This document shows, one piece after another, positions 58,673 through 64,000 of a DNA stretch of 64,000 bases (its first letter is position 1; each line of letters opens with the position of its first letter). Below the pieces are notes generated by a model. The model did not search any database and was not told the origin of the DNA. It worked only from the letters and a program-made list of their open reading frames with translations. The stretch spans positions 34,242 through 98,241 of the forward strand of contig CAIRYK010000094.1 in NCBI GenBank assembly GCA_903882805.1, read 5' to 3'. Made by a program: the position numbers and the translations under genes. This DNA comes from an uncultured Bacteroidota bacterium (GTDB lineage Bacteria > Bacteroidota > Bacteroidia > Chitinophagales > Chitinophagaceae).

Positions 58673-60340
58673 CTATTTTTTTATAATTGATTTAATGGTT
58701 CCTTTTTCCATAACTATAACTTTATCGCAACTATCTGCAAACTGCTTGTCGTTACTTACCACCACTACCGTTTTATCTTTGATTGTATGCAACAGATAGT
58801 TTTTTATACGCTGTATGTTGGGTTCCTCAAGGCCTTGCCAAGGCTCTTCAAGCAATAACAAATTGGGCCTGTGAATAAGCGAACGCATCAATAGCACTTT
58901 CCTTACTATACGACCAGATAAATGCTGCCCTGTAGGCTGCAAATAATAGTCGTAACCTTCCTTATGACTGTCTATAAAGTCACGCAAACCTACAAGTTCT
59001 GCAATTTCGTTTAGATGATGGTAAGTAATAGAATCATCGCCCAAACAGATATTCTCTTTTATAGTGCCTTCCATAATATCTTGCACGGTCAATAACACGC
59101 CTGTTTTTCGGCGTACAGAATCAATATGGTAGGTAGACAAAGAAATACCATCAAAAAAAAGAACCCCTTCATAACTTATATATGCACCACTTAATATTTT
59201 TATTAACGTAGATTTTCCCGCGCTGTACTCACCCATGATACATACTTTCTCACCGCTTTCTATATCAAACGAAATATTGTGAAGCGAAAACTGGCCATCA
59301 GGATAGTTATAAGTAACATTGTTGGCTCTTATTGATATTCCTTTTGTACCTACATACTGAAGTTTACCTGTTTCTTCCTTGGGTTTATCAATGAGTTTAT
59401 TGATTTTTTCAACGGAAGTCAATACGTCGTATACCTTATCAAGGTTCACAATCAGCTTTTCAACTGATTCAATAACCATAAGTATTACCATTTCTGCTGC
59501 TATAAACTGGCCAATATTCAGCAATTGATTGACTAATAGAAACGCCCCAACCACAAGCATTGCCATCACTATCAGCGATTTGAAAATTATCAAAGTCCAA
59601 TATTGAAAAAGCAGAATCTTAAAATGCGCAGTGCGGGCTTTCAAATAACCAGAGACGTAATTATCCATTTTTGTCAGATGGGATGAACTGTTGCGCGTAA
59701 ACTTGAATGTTACCACAACTCTGGCAAGTTCCTGGATATAGCCAGCAACTTTATACTTGTAGTTGCTCTCTTCAATACTGGTTTCTAAACCCCGGTTGCC
59801 CGTAGTGCGCAGAATTAGAAATAACACAGACAGCAACAGTAACCCAAAAAATATAAATATGGGATGGTAAAATGATAACAACAACAAACCAAATAATATC
59901 TGGATCATTGCCGCAGGTATATCTAGTAGAATTTTTGAAATACCCTTTTGCAAAGACACTGTATCGAAAAACCGGTTAGATAATTCGGGAAGATAATATC
60001 CGTTTATTGATTGCAGATCGAGTTTGGGTATCGAAAATGCATATTTGAAAGAATAACGCACAAACAATTGCTGTTCAATTTTTTCAATCAGCTTCATTTT
60101 ATTTACCTGCAACAAACCTGTAATAACTACACCTGCAATAACCAGTAGTATAAGCACAATAAGCGAGGTAGAAATTGATCCACCGATTACGAAACTAATG
60201 ATAGATTGTATACCCAATGGCAAAGACAACTGTACTAAACCAGATAGAATTGCATAGAAATAGATAGAAGTTATCTCAGACTTTTCGTACTGCAATACTT
60301 CCATCATCTTTCGTATAGTGTTTCCTTTGCTCTCCGCCAT
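58673..60340 (-). CDS. ABC exporter, fused TMD-NBD half-transporter with atypical NBD motifs
   Basis: 555 aa from MAESKGN. Six-helix type I exporter TMD. Walker A GEYSAGKST is intact, but the signature is LSGRI, Walker B is LLLLEE, and Asn replaces the H-loop His. Confidence 0.8.
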   Translation of the reverse strand: MAESKGNTIRKMMEVLQYEKSEITSIYFYAILSGLVQLSLPLGIQSIISFVIGGSISTSLIVLILLVIAGVVITGLLQVNKMKLIEKIEQQLFVRYSFKYAFSIPKLDLQSINGYYLPELSNRFFDTVSLQKGISKILLDIPAAMIQILFGLLLLSFYHPIFIFFGLLLLSVLFLILRTTGNRGLETSIEESNYKYKVAGYIQELARVVVTFKFTRNSSSHLTKMDNYVSGYLKARTAHFKILLFQYWTLIIFKSLIVMAMLVVGAFLLVNQLLNIGQFIAAEMVILMVIESVEKLIVNLDKVYDVLTSVEKINKLIDKPKEETGKLQYVGTKGISIRANNVTYNYPDGQFSLHNISFDIESGEKVCIMGEYSAGKSTLIKILSGAYISYEGVLFFDGISLSTYHIDSVRRKTGVLLTVQDIMEGTIKENICLGDDSITYHHLNEIAELVGLRDFIDSHKEGYDYYLQPTGQHLSGRIVRKVLLMRSLIHRPNLLLLEEPWQGLEEPNIQRIKNYLLHTIKDKTVVVVSNDKQFADSCDKVIVMEKGTIKSIIKK

Positions 60341-60386
60341 ATATAATGCTATTTGGGACAAATATAGCAGCAATATTTTTCAAAAT

Positions 60387-60408
60387 AATAGTAATGCTAT
60401 CAAAGTTA
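60387..60408 (-). promoter_or_regulatory. Candidate TetR operator (site 2) abutting a -7 box of the exporter operon
   Basis: Plus-strand AATAGTAATGCTATC (60387-60401) matches the reverse complement of site 1 at 13 of 15 positions. On the minus strand, TAACTTTG (60401-60408) sits immediately upstream of it. Confidence 0.5.
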
Positions 60409-60421
60409 TGTTAAATACTAT

Positions 60422-60460
60422 TTACAGTAAAAGCCAGGTATATCCTGGCTTTTACTGTAA
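60422..60460 (-). terminator. Strong terminator after batA
   Basis: Perfect 17-bp stem ttacagtaaaagccagg / cctggcttttactgtaa with a 5-nt loop. Confidence 0.85.
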
Positions 60461-60479
60461 AACTATGAATCAAAACAGC

Positions 60480-61496
60480 TTATGTTATACTTTTAAACAA
60501 AGTATAACGCAACAACATTTCAATAACAAGACACAGAATAGCTATCATCGCAAATGGGAAGAATAATTCAATATATCGCTTGTATGATGTAATATCTATT
60601 TTGGTTTTCTCGAGCTTGTCAATTTCATTATATATCCCTTCCAAAGATTTATTGCCAGTAGCCCTGTAGTACTTTCCTCTTGTTTCTGAAGCAATCTGTT
60701 TCAACAAAGGTTCATCTATCTCTACCGGCACCATCTGCTTTACAGTGCCAAACGGGGTTTGTACAGGCATCGGCGCCTGCCCCATGGTGCCTATACCTAT
60801 AGTGTAAACCCTAATCTTGAAAGCTTTTGCAATTTCTAAAGCAGTGATAGGAGCAAATGGCACCGATACATTGTTGACGCCATCCGTCATAAGTATTACA
60901 ACTTTACTCTTGCTTTTTGAAAATCGTAGTCGGTCTACAGATGTTGCTAACCCCATACCAATTGCGGTTCCATCTGTGAGCATCCCGTTTTTTATCTGCG
61001 ATATTTGTTCTTTAAGTACATTATGGTCTATGGTCATTGGACACATAGTAAAACTCTCACCCGAAAATATAACCATACCTATGCGGTCTGTGGGACGTTG
61101 ATCCACAAATTTCAACGCCATTTCTTTAACCGCCTCTACCCTATTGGGTTTAAAATCCTCCGCAAGCATGCTACCCGACACATCCATTGCCAGCACAATA
61201 TCTATCCCTTCGTTATTGATATTTTCAGTAGTGTTGCTGGATTGTGGGCGAGCAAGGGCAATAATAAGCATAGTAATCGCAATAACGCGCAGCACAAACA
61301 TAACCGACCTGAAAGCAGCTCTACCCCCGGCATGTACTGCGGAGATACCCGAAAGTGTGGTAAGCCGCAATGCAGGATTATCTGCTTTCTTTCGCCTATA
61401 ATGCCACCATATCATTAACGGAACTAATACCAACAAACCAAAAAAGGTGGGATGCGCAAACGTCAGGTGTTTCCAATCAAGCAATGTCTTTATCAT
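60480..61496 (-). CDS. batA: VWA-domain membrane protein BatA
   Basis: 338 aa. Two N-terminal TM helices, MIDAS motif DVSGSM and a C-terminal TM helix. Confidence 0.85.
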   Translation of the reverse strand: MIKTLLDWKHLTFAHPTFFGLLVLVPLMIWWHYRRKKADNPALRLTTLSGISAVHAGGRAAFRSVMFVLRVIAITMLIIALARPQSSNTTENINNEGIDIVLAMDVSGSMLAEDFKPNRVEAVKEMALKFVDQRPTDRIGMVIFSGESFTMCPMTIDHNVLKEQISQIKNGMLTDGTAIGMGLATSVDRLRFSKSKSKVVILMTDGVNNVSVPFAPITALEIAKAFKIRVYTIGIGTMGQAPMPVQTPFGTVKQMVPVEIDEPLLKQIASETRGKYYRATGNKSLEGIYNEIDKLEKTKIDITSYKRYIELFFPFAMIAILCLVIEMLLRYTLFKSIT

Positions 61497-61498
61497 AT

Positions 61499-62719
61499 CT
61501 ATTCGACTGGGTTATCTGTATTGTTAATCGGCTTTTCGTTATGGTTTTTTAAAAACTCATCCAATGGCGTAGTTTTCGACTCCTTACGCATCCAGCGACT
61601 GTTGTCGTCTACCTGTGTATCCGTAACATTTGGCGTAGCAGGAACAACCGGGGGAGGCGCTAAAGGCGCCTCAACTGCAATCTCCAACGGATTGCCTACC
61701 GGATGTAGTAGTACACGCGAACGATCTATGAACTCGCGCGCTTTTTCCATAGCGTCAACATGCTCCTGCGGGAGCGGTTGAGCTTTTGCAAATTTCGCGA
61801 GATCTGCTGTATGCAACACTACCGACAACGATGAGATATAAGGCAACATTTCTTTGTTGAGTTGAGCTTTCTCCAGCAATTCGTCCGTTGTCAACTCCAT
61901 TGCATGCGTGTCAAAACGCTTTTCAATGTAAGAACGTACGATGTCGGTAAGCTCTATGTAGTATTCCTTTATTTTGTTTTTTTGCCACAACTGCTTGTTC
62001 TCCAAATCGGCCAGCGCCTTTAACATCTGATCTTGTAGCGATATTTCAGGCCCCTTAATAACAACAGGTTGTTTTTTGCGTGCTTTTTGGATGTAAATAC
62101 CTGCAATTATAGCTAATATAAGCGCTACAACACCGCCAACTATATACCAGATATAGTCTTTCCAGGAAGTTTTCACATAAATGATACCCTTAATACCCTT
62201 AAAATCCTTGGTGGTATCGACAGCTACCGTCTGAACAAGTAGCTGAAGCGAATCGGACATTACAGTATATGCTTCACCCGATGTCGGGATTACAGGAAAT
62301 TTAAAAGCCGGAATCTGAAACGATCCTGAATCGAACCCTGTTATAGTAAGCCTTTGGCGGTATACAAAGCTTTCACCTTTTTTAACGGTGTCTATTTTAC
62401 CTCGCTCTACTATTTCAAATGTATTAAACGTATCGGGGGCCACAGTCCATTGTAGCCTGCCCGATGCCGGATTATGCTCTACTTCCAGAAACAACCTTGC
62501 TTGGTCGCCAACCATTATTTGCTTAGCGTCTATTCTGGTGGTTACCTTTGGTTGTGTTTGTGCAACCGCTATTGAAGAAACACCGGAAAAACCCAGCATT
62601 GCCAAACTAACAACAACCGTTTTTGACAGTACTGTCCCTCTTTTCAGACAGGAAACTGTAAAGCCATTTTCATTGTGGCTTTTGCATATTTTTACTAACC
62701 AGGCAGTTATTGTATTCAT
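61499..62719 (-). CDS. Membrane protein combining a BatD-like periplasmic domain with a DUF4381-like cytoplasmic domain
   Basis: 406 aa. Signal ends IAVA|Q. Beta-rich N-terminal half, one TM helix (YIWYIVGGVVALILAIIAGIYI), then a helical tail with ...HTADLAKFAK. It occupies the DUF58-to-batA slot of Bat operons. Confidence 0.55.
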   Translation of the reverse strand: MNTITAWLVKICKSHNENGFTVSCLKRGTVLSKTVVVSLAMLGFSGVSSIAVAQTQPKVTTRIDAKQIMVGDQARLFLEVEHNPASGRLQWTVAPDTFNTFEIVERGKIDTVKKGESFVYRQRLTITGFDSGSFQIPAFKFPVIPTSGEAYTVMSDSLQLLVQTVAVDTTKDFKGIKGIIYVKTSWKDYIWYIVGGVVALILAIIAGIYIQKARKKQPVVIKGPEISLQDQMLKALADLENKQLWQKNKIKEYYIELTDIVRSYIEKRFDTHAMELTTDELLEKAQLNKEMLPYISSLSVVLHTADLAKFAKAQPLPQEHVDAMEKAREFIDRSRVLLHPVGNPLEIAVEAPLAPPPVVPATPNVTDTQVDDNSRWMRKESKTTPLDEFLKNHNEKPINNTDNPVE

Positions 62720-62820
62720 ATTTTAAACTCCTTGTTGTATATGTACAATTTGTACAAACAATGTTGAATAATGCGCAGACATGGCAAAATACAATGCCCT
62801 CGCATAGGTGAACAAAACGA

Positions 62821-63687
62821 TTACCTGCTCTTAAAATAGGTTTGTAATACTTTTACGTAGTCTTCGTCTGTGCGAACGTGGAGTAATGATGCTCCGCTTT
62901 TCCTGAACGACTGTATGCAGCTTTTATTTTTTTGTTCGTAAGCGCCTTCATACTGAACTTTTACGGTCTTGCTATCAGTATCGAGCCAAAACTGCTGCCC
63001 TGTCTCGGCGTCCATAACTTGCACCAGACCGGCAGATGGCAACTCCTTGTCGTATTTGTCGTAAACATGAATACCAACCAGATCATGACGCCGCGCTGCA
63101 AGTTGCAGTGCCTGATCAAAAGGTCCGCTCACAAAATCGCTCAACAGAAAAGTGATTGTTCGTTTTTTCAAAACATTATTCAAAAACTCGAGCGCCACTT
63201 TTATATCAGTGCCCTTACTGTTATTGGGCTCCAGCGCAATTAGTTCTCTTATTATTCTTAATATGTGCCCCTTGCCCTTCTTCGGAGGAATGTACTTTTC
63301 CACTTTATCGCTGAAGAAAATAACACCAACCTTATCGTTATTGGTAGTAGCCGAAAACGATAATACGGCGCCAAGTTCGGCAATAAGGTCACGTTTCAAC
63401 TGTCGCTGCGTACCAAATAGCGAACTTGAACTAATATCTACCAGCAGCATAACAATGAGCTCGCGCTCTTCCTCAAAAACCTTTACAAACGGATGAGAAA
63501 AGCGGGCAGTTACATTCCAATCTATAAATTTCACATCGTCGCCGGGCGTGTATTCCCTTACCTCGCAAAACGACATGCCCCTACCCTTAAACGTAGAGTG
63601 ATACTCGCCAGCAAAAATATGATTGCTAAGGCCTTTAGTTTTTATTTCAATTCTTCTAACCTTCTTTAGCAATTCAGCAGTTGTCAT
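62821..63687 (-). CDS. DUF58-family protein (MoxR-associated, VWA-like)
   Basis: 288 aa. Contains GEYHSTFKGRGMSFCEVREYTPGDDVKFIDWNVTAR, the typical DUF58 core. Confidence 0.85.
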   Translation of the reverse strand: MTTAELLKKVRRIEIKTKGLSNHIFAGEYHSTFKGRGMSFCEVREYTPGDDVKFIDWNVTARFSHPFVKVFEEERELIVMLLVDISSSSLFGTQRQLKRDLIAELGAVLSFSATTNNDKVGVIFFSDKVEKYIPPKKGKGHILRIIRELIALEPNNSKGTDIKVALEFLNNVLKKRTITFLLSDFVSGPFDQALQLAARRHDLVGIHVYDKYDKELPSAGLVQVMDAETGQQFWLDTDSKTVKVQYEGAYEQKNKSCIQSFRKSGASLLHVRTDEDYVKVLQTYFKSR

Positions 63688-63792
63688 CGTTTAGCAGTCA
63701 ATTGTTGTCAAAAAGTTGTAGAATCAGACAAATGTAAAGTCGTAATTAACCTTTGTTTATTCCTTTAGCGCCAGTTTCTTCAATGGTATTTA

Positions 63793-63993
63793 TTATGCAG
63801 TTACCGTGTTTTCAGCAATAACACGCGTTAGGATATCCGCCATTTTCACTGCGCGCGCTCTTGCCTGGCTTTCGTCCCACAGCAAACTGATAGACGAAGA
63901 AATACAACGGCTCATGATAGCGTCGCTTATTGCAAAAGCCTGATTTGAATAGTGCAAAACCTGCTTTTTCTGTTCGTCATACAGTCTATTCAT
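63793..63993 (-). CDS. Hypothetical protein (may extend beyond the window edge)
   Basis: 66-aa ORF from an ATG 7 nt inside the window end, and the reading frame stays open upstream of it. No motif recognised, and it does not look like a MoxR C-terminus. Confidence 0.3.
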   Translation of the reverse strand: MNRLYDEQKKQVLHYSNQAFAISDAIMSRCISSSISLLWDESQARARAVKMADILTRVIAENTVTA

Positions 63994-64000
63994 CCAGCTA

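Noticed and set aside
1-64000. Looked for tRNA, rRNA, tmRNA, CRISPR repeats, IS ends, integrase or transposase genes, and toxin-antitoxin or defence-type gene pairs
   Set aside because: I saw no cloverleaf-like GTTCGAATC-type T-arms, no regularly spaced direct repeats and no recombinase-like ORFs. Every intergenic gap over 150 nt was read on both strands and is explained by promoters, leaders, terminators or the cyclase remnant. A covariance-model scan (Infernal/Rfam, tRNAscan) would be needed to exclude small structured RNAs.

Overview
The window looks like a chromosomal segment from a member of Bacteroidota, possibly Sphingobacteriia or Chitinophagia; this is an inference. Supporting signs are two proteins with T9SS C-terminal sorting domains, signal peptides that almost all end just before Gln, TAnnTTTG -7 boxes close to start codons, Bat/aerotolerance genes, and a divergent LptD-like/amidase pair. 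I call about 55 protein-coding genes. Housekeeping genes are efp, accB, accC, ffh, tatD, tcdA, lipA, ilvE, purE, purK, an IDH-family dehydrogenase, a 2-oxo-acid dehydrogenase E2 and a DEAD-box helicase. Two envelope-glycan loci lie at 130-6095 and 33992-37900. There is also a TetR-linked ABC/HlyD/TolC exporter, a small ABC system, a partial Bat cluster and several secreted proteins of unknown function. I saw no rRNA, tRNA, CRISPR array, transposase or integrase, and many genes end in clear rho-independent hairpins. The most unusual locus is 33992-37900, a kinase-less module made of a stand-alone receiver, a degenerate receiver fused to an initiating phosphoglycosyl transferase that carries a Cys4 insertion, a GT2, and a sigma-54 activator. 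Other points worth checking: (1) a 15-bp palindrome shared by the tetR promoter region and the exporter operon promoter; (2) degenerate ATPase motifs in that exporter; (3) an EF-P with Arg instead of the PGKG lysine loop; (4) an unannotated 37-codon membrane micro-ORF coupled to a Na+/solute symporter; (5) a decayed duplicate of the glutaminyl cyclase 3' end; (6) a canonical EGF module in a lipoprotein. All functional calls come from reading motifs by eye, with no database search.
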